This document shows positions 37,776 through 47,543 of a stretch of 64,000 nt of DNA, one piece after another. Location of the stretch: positions 351 through 64,350 of the forward strand of contig CANRPP010000003.1 in the NCBI GenBank assembly GCA_947632545.1, written 5' to 3'. Each line of letters opens with the position of its first letter. Position 1 is the first letter of the stretch. The notes beneath the pieces were generated by a model. The model was not told the origin of the DNA, did not search any database, and saw only the letters and a list, made by a program, of their open reading frames with translations. Both the position numbers and the translations under genes were made by a program. The stretch is from an uncultured Bacilli bacterium (GTDB taxonomy: Bacteria; Bacillota_I; Bacilli_A; RF39; UBA660).

Positions 37776-38558
37776 ATGTATAATGTAATAGGTGTTAAAT
37801 TTGAATTATCAAACAATATATACTATTTTGATGTAAATAAATTACAATTAAAAAAAGGTGATAAAGTAATTGTTGATTCAGAAAATATAATTGATTTTGG
37901 TGTTTGTGTAACAGATATAAAAACTGAATCAAAAGATAATTTAGTTTTTCCGTTAAAAAAAGTTATTAGAAAAGTAACAAAAAAAGACTTAAATATTTAT
38001 AATGAAAATCAAAAAAATGCAGAAGAAGCATTAATATATGCTAAAAAATGTGTAAAAAAATTAAATTTAAGTATGAATTTTATTTCTTCATATTATACAT
38101 TTGATAAAAATCAATTATATTTTACTTTTACAGCAGAAGAACGTGTTGATTTTAGAGAGTTAACTAAAAAATTAGCCCAGAAATTTAAAACTCGTATAGA
38201 GTTAAGACAGATTGGTGTTAGAGATAAAGCAAAATTAATAGGAGGAATAGGTCCTTGTGGATTATTTCTATGCTGTAATACATTTTTGACTGACTTTAAT
38301 AGTGTTTCTATAAATATGGCTAAAAATCAATTTTTGGCATTAAATCCTTCTAAAATAAATGGAGTATGTGGTAGATTATTATGTTGTTTAAATTATGAAG
38401 ATGAAATTTATACTGAATTAAAAAAAGATTTGCCAAAAGTTGGAACTACTATCACAACAGAAAATGGAACAGGAAAAGTAGTATCTGTAAATATATTTAA
38501 TAAAAGCTATAAGTTAGAACTAGATAAATATACTATTGTAGAAGAGTTTGTAAAATAA
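37776..38558 (+). CDS. ricT: PSP1-domain protein RicT (YaaT)
   Basis: 260 aa. IELRQIGVRD.AK..GG.G.CG...CC..FL..F..V...MAK.Q.L.LNP.K..G.CGRL.CCL.YE is the PSP1/RicT signature. It follows holB. Confidence 0.9.
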   Translation: MYNVIGVKFELSNNIYYFDVNKLQLKKGDKVIVDSENIIDFGVCVTDIKTESKDNLVFPLKKVIRKVTKKDLNIYNENQKNAEEALIYAKKCVKKLNLSMNFISSYYTFDKNQLYFTFTAEERVDFRELTKKLAQKFKTRIELRQIGVRDKAKLIGGIGPCGLFLCCNTFLTDFNSVSINMAKNQFLALNPSKINGVCGRLLCCLNYEDEIYTELKKDLPKVGTTITTENGTGKVVSVNIFNKSYKLELDKYTIVEEFVK

Positions 38559-38559
38559 T

Positions 38560-39294
38560 ATGGAAGTTTTAAACGACTTATTAGGCTATAAAAATATTAA
38601 AATATATCAAAATACAGATTGGTTTTCCTTTACTTTAGATAGTGTTTTACTAGCGAATTTTGTTACAATATTAAAATCTACTAAAAAAATTTTAGATATT
38701 GGGACAGGAACTGGAGTTATACCACTAATATTATCAACAAAAACGAATCTAAAAATTGATGCAGTAGAAATACAAGAAGAGGTAGCGAACTTATTTAAAA
38801 AATCTATTAATTATAATCATTTAAATGATAGAATAAATTTAATTGTTGATGATATTTTAAATTATGCAAAAAATAAAAACAATTATTATGATATAGTTAT
38901 TTGTAATCCGCCTTATTATAGAGATTCTAAAATTAATAATGAAAAGGAAAAAACAATCTCAAGACATGAAAATACATTAAATTTAGATACACTAATTAAA
39001 GTAAGCAAAAAGATATTAAAAAATAATGGTAAATTATATTTAGTTTATAATTGTGATAGGTTTTTAGAATTGTTAGATAAATTACTATCAAATAATTTAA
39101 TACCAAAAAAAATTAGATTTGTACATGATAATTTAGAAAAATCTGCAAGTATGGTATTAATAGAATGTACTAAAAATGGAAGATTAGGTTTAAAAATAGA
39201 AAAACCATTTATTCTAAATATTAATAATATAAATACTAGTGAATATGAAAGAGTTTTAACAGGGGATGATAATAGTGAGCCAAAAGAGTTATAA
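38560..39294 (+). CDS. SAM-dependent methyltransferase, YabB/TrmN6-like (tRNA m6A37 family)
   Basis: 244 aa with the SAM motif LDIGTGTGVIP and the N6-adenine motif CNPPYY. It holds the yabB position between ricT and rsmI. Confidence 0.8.
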   Translation: MEVLNDLLGYKNIKIYQNTDWFSFTLDSVLLANFVTILKSTKKILDIGTGTGVIPLILSTKTNLKIDAVEIQEEVANLFKKSINYNHLNDRINLIVDDILNYAKNKNNYYDIVICNPPYYRDSKINNEKEKTISRHENTLNLDTLIKVSKKILKNNGKLYLVYNCDRFLELLDKLLSNNLIPKKIRFVHDNLEKSASMVLIECTKNGRLGLKIEKPFILNINNINTSEYERVLTGDDNSEPKEL

Positions 39295-40120
39295 TAATGA
39301 TAAATCTAATTTATATTTAATACCGACTCCAATAGGTAATTTAGAGGATATAACAGTTAGATCTTTAAATTTATTAAAAAAAGTAGATTTTATATTATGT
39401 GAGGACACAAGGGTTACTGGAAGTTTATTAAAAAAATATAATATAAAGAAAAAGTTAATTAGTTGTTATGAATATAATGAAGATAAAGTAAAAGATGAAG
39501 TTATAAAATATTTAGAAGAGGGTAAAAATATAGGTCTTGTTACAGATCAGGGTACTCCAATAATAAGCGATCCCGGTTTTAAAGTTGTTAAAGAAGTTAT
39601 TAATAATAATTTTAATGTTATTGGCCTACCTGGCGCTACCGCTTTTGTACCGGCTTTAATTTCTTCAGGACTATCGCCATCTAAATTTTTATTTTATGGA
39701 TTTTTGAATTCTAAAAATAAAAAACAAATTGATGAACTTAATTCTTTAAAAAATATTCCATATACACTTATATTTTATGAAGCACCACATCGTATAATTA
39801 ATACATTAAATAATATAAGAAAAGTAATGGATAATAGAAATATCTGTATTGCTAGAGAAATCTCAAAGTTATATGAAGAAATATATAGAGGTACGATAGA
39901 TGATGTTTTAAAGGAAATAGAAAATATAAAAGGAGAAATAGTTTTATTAGTAGAAGGAAATACTACGAATACAGACTACTCCGATATGTCAATTATTTCT
40001 CATATAAATTTATATTTAGAAGATGGAATGTCAGAAAAAGAAGCAATTAAATTAGTTGCCAAAGAAAGAAATGTAGCCAAATCAATTATTTATAAAGAAT
40101 ATCATATTAAAAAGAAATAA
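39266..40120 (+). CDS. rsmI: 16S rRNA (cytidine1402-2'-O)-methyltransferase
   Basis: LYLIPTPIGNLEDIT.R.L..L......CEDTR and YEAPHR. The start is uncertain (ATG at 39266 or the in-frame GTG at 39275). Confidence 0.88.
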   Translation: MIIVSQKSYNNDKSNLYLIPTPIGNLEDITVRSLNLLKKVDFILCEDTRVTGSLLKKYNIKKKLISCYEYNEDKVKDEVIKYLEEGKNIGLVTDQGTPIISDPGFKVVKEVINNNFNVIGLPGATAFVPALISSGLSPSKFLFYGFLNSKNKKQIDELNSLKNIPYTLIFYEAPHRIINTLNNIRKVMDNRNICIAREISKLYEEIYRGTIDDVLKEIENIKGEIVLLVEGNTTNTDYSDMSIISHINLYLEDGMSEKEAIKLVAKERNVAKSIIYKEYHIKKK

Positions 40121-40140
40121 TATACGAGGAAGTGATTGTC

Positions 40141-40707
40141 ATGAAATTAATAGTAGGTTTAGGTAATCCAGGTAAAGAGTATGAAAATACAAGACATAAT
40201 ATAGGATTTTATTTTTTAGATAATTATGTAAAAATTAAAAATTTAGGTAACTATAAATCAAAAGATAATGGATTATATATAAAAACAAAGTTATTTGAAA
40301 ATGATGTTATATTTTTAAAACCACAATCATTTATAAATCTATCAGGAGAAGTAATAAGAAAATATGTAGATTTTTATAAAATAAATATAGATGATATTTT
40401 AATAATTAGTGATGATTTAGATTTATTAGAGGGTAATTATAAATTAAAACCTGCTGGAAGTAGTGGAGGACATAATGGTTTAAAAAATATTGAAAAATGT
40501 TTGAATACTAATAAATATAAAAGATTAAAAATAGGTATTTCAAATAATAAAAATATTGATACTAAAGATTATGTATTAAGTAAATTACAGACTAAAGATA
40601 AAGAACAATTAGAAACTATAAAAGATACTATTAGTAATATAATAGATGATTATTTTAAATTACCATTTTCTGATTTAATGAATAAATACAACCATAAAAA
40701 TAGGTGA
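40141..40707 (+). CDS. pth: peptidyl-tRNA hydrolase
   Basis: MKLIVGLGNPG.EY..TRHN.GF. ATG at 40141 is preferred over GTG at 40132, which abuts the SD GAGGAAG. The gene ends with TGA. Confidence 0.93.
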   Translation: MKLIVGLGNPGKEYENTRHNIGFYFLDNYVKIKNLGNYKSKDNGLYIKTKLFENDVIFLKPQSFINLSGEVIRKYVDFYKINIDDILIISDDLDLLEGNYKLKPAGSSGGHNGLKNIEKCLNTNKYKRLKIGISNNKNIDTKDYVLSKLQTKDKEQLETIKDTISNIIDDYFKLPFSDLMNKYNHKNR

Positions 40708-40711
40708 TTAT

Positions 40712-43700
40712 ATGAGTATTTTTGATAATTTTATAGATATTAATTATAAAAAAGGTATGGGTGTATCTTCTAATACATCTGAATTTTTTTGTGTTTATTT
40801 ATATAATTTATTCAAAAAAGAAAATAAAAATATATTAGTTGTAGTAAATTCATTATATGAAGCTAATAAAATATACTCTTCATTACAAAGTTATCTAAAT
40901 TCCTGTTATTTGTTTCCTATGGATGATTTTTTAACAAGTGAGGCTATCGCAATTAGTCCAGATTTAAAAATAACTAGACTAGAAACAATTAATTCTCTTA
41001 TTAGTGGAGAAAAATGTATTGTTGTTACAAATTTAATGGGATATTTGAGATTTTTGCCTGAAAAAAGTCTCTATTCTAAAGCCTGCATTAATTTATCTAT
41101 TGGAATGGAAATAAAACCTAATGATTTAATTGAACTTTTAACTGATTATGGATATACACGTGAATCAATTGTTACAAAAACAGGTGAAGTTGGTGTTAGA
41201 GGATTTATTATAGATGTATATCCAATAGGTGAAGATAATCCAATAAGAATAGAATTTTTTGGAGATGAAATAGATTCAATAAGATATTTTTCTACAGATA
41301 ATCAAAAATCTATAAAGAAATTAAAAAGTATTATTATTTATCCATTTACTGAATTTATAGTAGATAAAAAAGTAGATGAGGATCATTATGGCATGCAAAA
41401 ATATTTACCTATATATTCTAAAAATGTAAGTAATATATCTAAATATATAGATGATTCTATAGTAGTATATAAGAATTATAGAGATTTGGAAGTAGGCTTT
41501 AAAAATATAATGAATGAAGTTACTACTTATAAAGAAACTAAAGATATAGATTTTAATAATAAATATATGTTTGATTTATCTGAAATAAATAATGATAATT
41601 ATTGTTATTATATGAGTTTAAATAATATATCTTCTAATTTAGAAAACTCTAATATAACTACATATAATGTTTCTACAATTAATAACTTTATGGAAAAAGA
41701 AGAGTTAATTAATGAATTTTTATTACAACAAAAAAATAAAAAAAGGACTATAATTATTTGTGTTTCGAAAAATAGAATAAGAAAGATAATTAAAAATTTA
41801 CATTGTAAAATATTTGAAACTGATGAAAATAATATAAAAATAAATGAAATAAATATTATAGATAAACCATTAACAGAAGGATTTATTTATAATGACTTTG
41901 TAATTTTAACAGAAAAAGAATTATTTAAAAAGAAAACAGAAAATAAAAAATATAAAACAAAATTCAAATATGCTTCTAAAATAAAAGATATTAATTCTAT
42001 AAAATTAGGAGATTATGTTGTTCATAATGCACATGGTATAGGAATATATAATGGTATTAAAGTACTTTCGAATAATGGTATTAAAAGAGATTATATTGAG
42101 GTTTTATATAAGGGAACAGATAAACTTTATATTCCAGTTGAAAAAATAGATTTGCTATATAAATATGTAGGTAAAGAAGGTATGATTCCTAAAGTAAACA
42201 AGATGGATAGTACAGATTGGAAAAAGACAAAAGCTCGTGTTAGAAATAGAGTTTCTGATATGGCAGAAAAATTACTTAAATTATATGCAGAAAGAGAAAG
42301 AAAAAAAGGTTTTGCCTTTAGTAAGGATAGTATATTACAAACACAATTTGAGGATGAATGTAGTTTTATTCTTACTGCGGATCAACAAATTGCAATTAAC
42401 CAAATAAAAGAAGATATGGAAAAAGATATTCCAATGGATAGATTATTATGTGGAGATGTTGGTTTTGGTAAAACAGAAGTTGCCTTTAGAGCAATAGCAA
42501 AAGCAGTAGCGGATTCAAAACAAGTGTTATTTTTATGTCCAACTACAATTTTATCTAATCAACATTATGAAAACGCTTTAAAACGTTTTGAAAACTTTCC
42601 TGTAAATATATCACTATTAAATAGGTTTACTGGACAAAAAGAGACAAAGAAGATTTTAACAGGATTATCAAATGGTACCATAGATATAGTAATCGGTACT
42701 CATAGGTTATTAAGTGATGATGTACGACCTAAAGATTTAGGCTTATTAATAATAGATGAAGAACAACGTTTTGGAGTTAGGCATAAAGAAAAAATAAAGG
42801 AATATAAAACTAATATTGATGTTTTAACTTTAACAGCAACACCAATTCCTAGAACATTGCAGATGTCAATGGTAGGTATTAGAAGTCTATCTTTAATTGA
42901 AACTCCTCCTGTTAATAGATATCCAATCCAAACTTATGTAGTTGAAGAAAATAATCAATTAATAAAAGATGCAATTTATAAAGAATTATCAAGAAATGGT
43001 CAAGTTTTTATATTATTTAATAGTGTAGAAAAAATAGAAGCAAAGACAGCTGAAATAAGTAATTTAGTACCAGATGCTAAAGTTTCTTATGCACATGGTA
43101 GAATGACAAAAAATGAATTAGAAAACAAGATGATAAGCTTTATAAATAATGAATTTGATGTATTAGTTTGTACTACAATTATAGAAACAGGAATAGATAT
43201 TCCAAACGCTAATACATTAATAATTTTAGATTCTGATAGATTTGGTTTAAGTCAACTATATCAAATAAGAGGAAGAGTAGGTAGAAGTAATAGATTTGCT
43301 TACGCTTATTTAATGTATAATCCTTCTAAAGTTTTAACAGAAACAGCAGTTAAACGTTTAAATGTAATAAAGGAATTTACAGAATTAGGTAGTGGTTTTT
43401 CAATTGCCACAAGAGATTTATCAATTAGAGGTGCAGGAGATATATTAGGTAGTGAACAAGCAGGTTTTATCGATACAGTAGGTATAGATTTATATCTAAA
43501 AATGTTAAATGAAGAAATTTCAATTAAAAAAGGTATAGAAGTAGAAGAAGAAAGTGAAAATAAAGAGCCACTTTTAAATATAGCTACTCATATTGAAGAT
43601 AGTTACGTAGATGATGAAACTTTAAAAATAGAGATTCATCGAAAGATAAATGAAATTAATAGTAAAAATATGTTAGAAAGTATCAAAAATGAATTAGAAG

Positions 43701-44029
43701 ATCGATTTGGAAAACTTAATGATGATATGTTAATTTATATGTATGAAGAATGGTTTGAAAAACAAATAGAGCAAATTGGGGTAAAAAGTATAAATCAAAC
43801 AAAAAATTATATTGAATTAGTATTTCCTAAAGAACTTGCATCAAAAATAGATATGGAAGATTTATTTGTAAAATCATATAATATATCTTCGATGTTTAGA
43901 TTCAAAAGTAAAGGAAGTAACATAGTAATAATTTTAGATATAATTCATCTAGATAAGCACCCATTATTTTATTTAACTGAACTACTTGATTATATAGAAA
44001 ACAAATTTATAAAAAAGTTGACTAACTAA
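40712..44029 (+). CDS. mfd: transcription-repair coupling factor
   Basis: 1105 aa with helicase motifs GDVGFGKTEVA, DEEQRFGV, TATPIPRT and QLYQIRGRVGRS. Confidence 0.96.
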   Translation: MSIFDNFIDINYKKGMGVSSNTSEFFCVYLYNLFKKENKNILVVVNSLYEANKIYSSLQSYLNSCYLFPMDDFLTSEAIAISPDLKITRLETINSLISGEKCIVVTNLMGYLRFLPEKSLYSKACINLSIGMEIKPNDLIELLTDYGYTRESIVTKTGEVGVRGFIIDVYPIGEDNPIRIEFFGDEIDSIRYFSTDNQKSIKKLKSIIIYPFTEFIVDKKVDEDHYGMQKYLPIYSKNVSNISKYIDDSIVVYKNYRDLEVGFKNIMNEVTTYKETKDIDFNNKYMFDLSEINNDNYCYYMSLNNISSNLENSNITTYNVSTINNFMEKEELINEFLLQQKNKKRTIIICVSKNRIRKIIKNLHCKIFETDENNIKINEINIIDKPLTEGFIYNDFVILTEKELFKKKTENKKYKTKFKYASKIKDINSIKLGDYVVHNAHGIGIYNGIKVLSNNGIKRDYIEVLYKGTDKLYIPVEKIDLLYKYVGKEGMIPKVNKMDSTDWKKTKARVRNRVSDMAEKLLKLYAERERKKGFAFSKDSILQTQFEDECSFILTADQQIAINQIKEDMEKDIPMDRLLCGDVGFGKTEVAFRAIAKAVADSKQVLFLCPTTILSNQHYENALKRFENFPVNISLLNRFTGQKETKKILTGLSNGTIDIVIGTHRLLSDDVRPKDLGLLIIDEEQRFGVRHKEKIKEYKTNIDVLTLTATPIPRTLQMSMVGIRSLSLIETPPVNRYPIQTYVVEENNQLIKDAIYKELSRNGQVFILFNSVEKIEAKTAEISNLVPDAKVSYAHGRMTKNELENKMISFINNEFDVLVCTTIIETGIDIPNANTLIILDSDRFGLSQLYQIRGRVGRSNRFAYAYLMYNPSKVLTETAVKRLNVIKEFTELGSGFSIATRDLSIRGAGDILGSEQAGFIDTVGIDLYLKMLNEEISIKKGIEVEEESENKEPLLNIATHIEDSYVDDETLKIEIHRKINEINSKNMLESIKNELEDRFGKLNDDMLIYMYEEWFEKQIEQIGVKSINQTKNYIELVFPKELASKIDMEDLFVKSYNISSMFRFKSKGSNIVIILDIIHLDKHPLFYLTELLDYIENKFIKKLTN

Positions 44030-44076
44030 TAAAGGATTGTTATTCTTTATATAGTTGGTATGTGGAGGTAATAATT

Positions 44077-44769
44077 ATGAGCATTAGTGTAGACAATAAT
44101 GATATGTTAAATAAATTAATATTACAACATCAAAATAATTATAAGTCTACAGTAATTGAGATAATAAAAAACAATACTTTATCATTAATAGAAGAGGATA
44201 TTATTTCCCTTATAAAGAAACCACCATTAGCATCAATGGATTTGCTAGAGCAAAAATTGTTATTTTTAGCTAAGAGAGAAAATTTAGTTTTAAATTATGA
44301 AATACTAACAAAACTATTATCGGATTATAGAGAAAAACTTATTGATAATATTAGAAAATTAAAAGAGTTTAGAAATGATAGTTTAATAAAAAAAGTAGAA
44401 GAGTTTAACCCTAAAAGAGATTTAGATATTATATGTATTGAGACGAATATGCTTGATGCTATAGATAAAAATATTAAGAAAAAAATAAAATCTAATATAT
44501 TAAAGTTTAATAATGATATATTATTAAAAAATATAGATAATATATATAAAAATGATATTAATATAAAAATAAAACAAAAGATTGCAACAGATTTTGAAAA
44601 ATATATTAAAACTACTTATCAAAAACAACTTCTTGAAAGCATTTCAATAAAAATAATGATAAAAGATAGAACCTTAATTAGTAGGATTAATGAACAAGGA
44701 GAAAGATATTTATTTACAAAGTCAAATTCCCATATTTTTGTAGATGAAGATATGAATACTACGTGTTAG
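44077..44769 (+). CDS. hypothetical protein, soluble and probably helical
   Basis: Start at the ATG at 44077 (SD GGAGG 8 nt upstream). 230 aa, K/N/I/L-rich, with no hydrophobic segment and no motif I recognise. Confidence 0.55.
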   Translation: MSISVDNNDMLNKLILQHQNNYKSTVIEIIKNNTLSLIEEDIISLIKKPPLASMDLLEQKLLFLAKRENLVLNYEILTKLLSDYREKLIDNIRKLKEFRNDSLIKKVEEFNPKRDLDIICIETNMLDAIDKNIKKKIKSNILKFNNDILLKNIDNIYKNDINIKIKQKIATDFEKYIKTTYQKQLLESISIKIMIKDRTLISRINEQGERYLFTKSNSHIFVDEDMNTTC

Positions 44770-44911
44770 TATTCTTTTTATTTGTAATATTGGAAATAAT
44801 TACCAAGTGAATTTTGCTATATAAATATTATAATATAAATATATGAAGATATTTGAGTATAAAATTTAGAATATTAGAAATAATATTTGTAGAAGAAAGT
44901 GAGGAATAAAC

Positions 44912-45442
44912 ATGAAAACAACTGGTGTAGTAAGAAGAATTGATGATTTAGGAAGAATTGTTATTCCAAAAGAATTGAGGAGAACTTTAAGAATTCGTGA
45001 TGGAGAATCTTTAGAAATTTTTGTTGAAAATGAAATGATTGCTTTAAAAAAGTTTTCTTCTATGTCTGATTTACAAGATATTTCTAATAATCTTACTAAT
45101 ACAATTAATCAAATAATTCTTAAAAATGTCATGATTACCGATAGAGATAAAGTAATTGCAGTATCAAATAATATAAAATCTAAATATTTAGAAAAGAATA
45201 TTTCTAAATATTTGGAACAAAAACTTAACAATAGAGAAATAGTTATAGAAAAAGGTTTTCATGAAATTGAACTTATTGACGGTGTTAATGAAACTTACTC
45301 TTATGTAATAAGTCCAATAATTATGAATGGTGATGCTATTGGTAATGTAGTTATATTTTCAGATAAAGATAGTATAACTGAAAGTGAGGTTAAACTTGCT
45401 TCAATCATATCAAATTTTTTGGGAAAATATATTGAAGAATAG
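44912..45442 (+). CDS. spoVT: stage V sporulation protein T (AbrB-type DNA-binding domain plus GAF-like domain)
   Basis: 176 aa. The N-terminus KTTGVVRRIDDLGRIVIPKELRRTLRIRDGE.LEIF is the SpoVT/AbrB swapped-hairpin domain, and a ~120-aa C-terminal domain follows as in SpoVT. It lies after mfd, as in Bacillus. Confidence 0.88.
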   Translation: MKTTGVVRRIDDLGRIVIPKELRRTLRIRDGESLEIFVENEMIALKKFSSMSDLQDISNNLTNTINQIILKNVMITDRDKVIAVSNNIKSKYLEKNISKYLEQKLNNREIVIEKGFHEIELIDGVNETYSYVISPIIMNGDAIGNVVIFSDKDSITESEVKLASIISNFLGKYIEE

Positions 45443-45469
45443 AAAAATATATGATATTATAACTTCAGT

Positions 45470-45700
45470 TAGAGGTTGTGATAAAGAGTTTTATAAATGA
45501 ATTCTATTAAAGAGAGTCTAGATAGGTGGAACTAGATATAGAATATTTATAAAATATGGCTTTTGAACCATTATATCGATATGTAGGTATAATCGTATAT
45601 AGGCGTTAACTATTTAAGTGTATAATTAATATTATAAATTAAGGTGGTACCGCGAGAAAACTCGTCCTTATGTTTATAATGTTTTTTTATTTTTTAAATA
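45470..45700 (+). promoter_or_regulatory. T-box leader (probable Met specifier) controlling metG
   Basis: AGAGAG at 45511-16, GGTGGAA at 45525-31, candidate specifier AUG at 45556-58, GCGTTA at 45603-08, and the T-box core AAGG-TGGTACC-GCGAGAAAACTCG-TCCTT at 45641-69. T-runs follow at 45682-45695. Confidence 0.8.
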
Positions 45701-45733
45701 TAATTATTATGATAAATGTAAAGGAGACTAACT

Positions 45734-47254
45734 ATGAAAGAAAAATTTTATATTTCAACTGCAATTGCATATACATCTGGTAAACCTCATATAGGAAATA
45801 CATATGAAATAGTTTTAGCGGATGCTATTGCTAGATATAAAAGGTTAAAAAACTATGATGTATATTTTCAAACAGGTACAGATGAGCATGGAGAAAAAAT
45901 AGAAATAAAAGCAAAAGAAGCAGGAATTAGTCCAAAAGAGTATGTAGATGAAGTATCAGGTGAAATAAAAAGAATATGGGACTTAATGAATACAAGTTAT
46001 GATAGATTTGTAAGAACAACTGATACTAAACATGAAAAAATAGTTCAGCATATATTTAAAAAAATGTATGATAAAGGAGATATTTATAAAGGAGAATATA
46101 GAGGACTATATTGTACACCTTGTGAGTCTTTTTGGACTGAAGCACAGCTAGTTAATGGTAAATGTCCAGATTGTGGTAGAGATGTTGCCGAAGCTAGTGA
46201 AGAAGCATATTTCTTTAGATTATCTAAGTATCAAAAACAATTAGAAGAATATATAGAAAGTCATCCAGAATTTATTCAACCGGTTGCACGTAAAAATGAA
46301 ATGTTAAACAATTTTATAAAACCAGGACTACAAGATTTATGTGTTTCACGTACTTCATTTGATTGGGGAATACCAGTAGATTTTGATCAAAAACATGTAG
46401 TTTATGTTTGGCTTGATGCCTTAACTAATTATATTACTAATATTGGTTATGATGTTGATGAAACAACAGATGAATTTAAAAAATATTGGCCTGCTGATTT
46501 GCATTTAATAGGAAAAGATATAATTAGATTTCATACTATATATTGGCCATGTTTCTTATTTTCTTTAGGTTTAGATTTGCCTAAAAAAGTGTTTGGTCAT
46601 CCATGGCTTTTAATGAATAATGATAAAATGAGTAAAAGTAAAGGAAATGTCATATATGCGGATTCTTTAGTAGAAGAATTTGGTGTAGATGCTGTTAGAT
46701 ATTATCTTTTACATGAAATACCATTTTCAAGTGATGGAAATATAACTCGCGATTTATTAATAGAGCGTATTAATAGTGATTTAGCTAATGTTTTAGGTAA
46801 TTTAGTTCAAAGAACAATTTCAATGGGAAATAAATATTTCAATGGTCATGTTACTAATAAAGAACAAAAAGAAGAACTAGATACAAATTTTATTACTATG
46901 ATTAATAATCTAGATAATGAAGTAGCAGAAAAAATGGATAAATTGGAAATAAATGCGTCTATTGATAAAATATTTGATGTATTAAGAAATAGTAATAAAT
47001 ATATTGATGAAACTACACCATGGATTTTAGCTAAAGACGAGGCAAAGAAGGATAGACTAGAAACAGTTTTATACAATTTACTAGAATCTATTAGAGTTTG
47101 CGCTATTTTATTAAAACCCTATTTACCAGATACTAGTATTGAAATATTAAAACAAATAAATACTTCAAATAATTCATTTAACTATATTGCTGATAATATA
47201 TATGATCTTAATAATCCAACCCCATTATTTAAAAGAATAGATTTAAAACATTAA
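45734..47254 (+). CDS. metG: methionine--tRNA ligase (short form without the C-terminal tRNA-binding domain)
   Basis: 506 aa with the HIGH-type PHIGNTYE, the zinc knuckles C.PC....C.DC and KMSKS. Confidence 0.95.
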   Translation: MKEKFYISTAIAYTSGKPHIGNTYEIVLADAIARYKRLKNYDVYFQTGTDEHGEKIEIKAKEAGISPKEYVDEVSGEIKRIWDLMNTSYDRFVRTTDTKHEKIVQHIFKKMYDKGDIYKGEYRGLYCTPCESFWTEAQLVNGKCPDCGRDVAEASEEAYFFRLSKYQKQLEEYIESHPEFIQPVARKNEMLNNFIKPGLQDLCVSRTSFDWGIPVDFDQKHVVYVWLDALTNYITNIGYDVDETTDEFKKYWPADLHLIGKDIIRFHTIYWPCFLFSLGLDLPKKVFGHPWLLMNNDKMSKSKGNVIYADSLVEEFGVDAVRYYLLHEIPFSSDGNITRDLLIERINSDLANVLGNLVQRTISMGNKYFNGHVTNKEQKEELDTNFITMINNLDNEVAEKMDKLEINASIDKIFDVLRNSNKYIDETTPWILAKDEAKKDRLETVLYNLLESIRVCAILLKPYLPDTSIEILKQINTSNNSFNYIADNIYDLNNPTPLFKRIDLKH

Positions 47255-47372
47255 TTGTAAAAAAATGTATACTAGTTGTAAAATTAACAATATTTTACAT
47301 AACTTTTTGTAAAACTATGATATATTATAATGGTTGTAAAGGTAGTAAAAATATCTGAAAGGAGAAACCTTT

Positions 47373-47543
47373 ATGCCAAAGAAAATGAAGAAGTGGTTTA
47401 ATTTAGATAGTTTTTATTTCTTAATGCTATTTATTTTTACTATATTTATCATTAATAAATTTAACTATCTAGATATAGCATATTTTTCGCTGATAACAGT
47501 TTATTATATTAGAATAAAGTTACATCAGAAGAAAAAAATTTAA
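47373..47543 (+). CDS. small hydrophobic protein (56 aa), function unknown
   Basis: Below the ORF-track size cutoff. SD AAAGGAGA lies 7 nt before ATG. It reads MPKKMKKWFNLDSFYFLMLFIFTIFIINKFNYLDIAYFSLITVYYIRIKLHQKKKI, and a hairpin plus T-run follows directly. Confidence 0.45.
   Translation: MPKKMKKWFNLDSFYFLMLFIFTIFIINKFNYLDIAYFSLITVYYIRIKLHQKKKI

Noticed and set aside
44912-45442. I considered whether the AbrB-domain protein upstream of metG is AbrB itself (abrB precedes metS in Bacillus) or an antitoxin.
   Set aside because: At 176 aa it has a ~120-aa C-terminal domain beyond the swapped-hairpin domain, as SpoVT does, whereas AbrB and MazE-like antitoxins are under 100 aa. It also follows mfd, as spoVT does, and no toxin-like partner is adjacent.
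46340-46355. TGTTTCACGTACTTCA in metG as a third parS.
   Set aside because: Only the left half matches (8/8); the right half matches 4/8. Functional parS sites tolerate few mismatches, so this is recorded only as a half-site.
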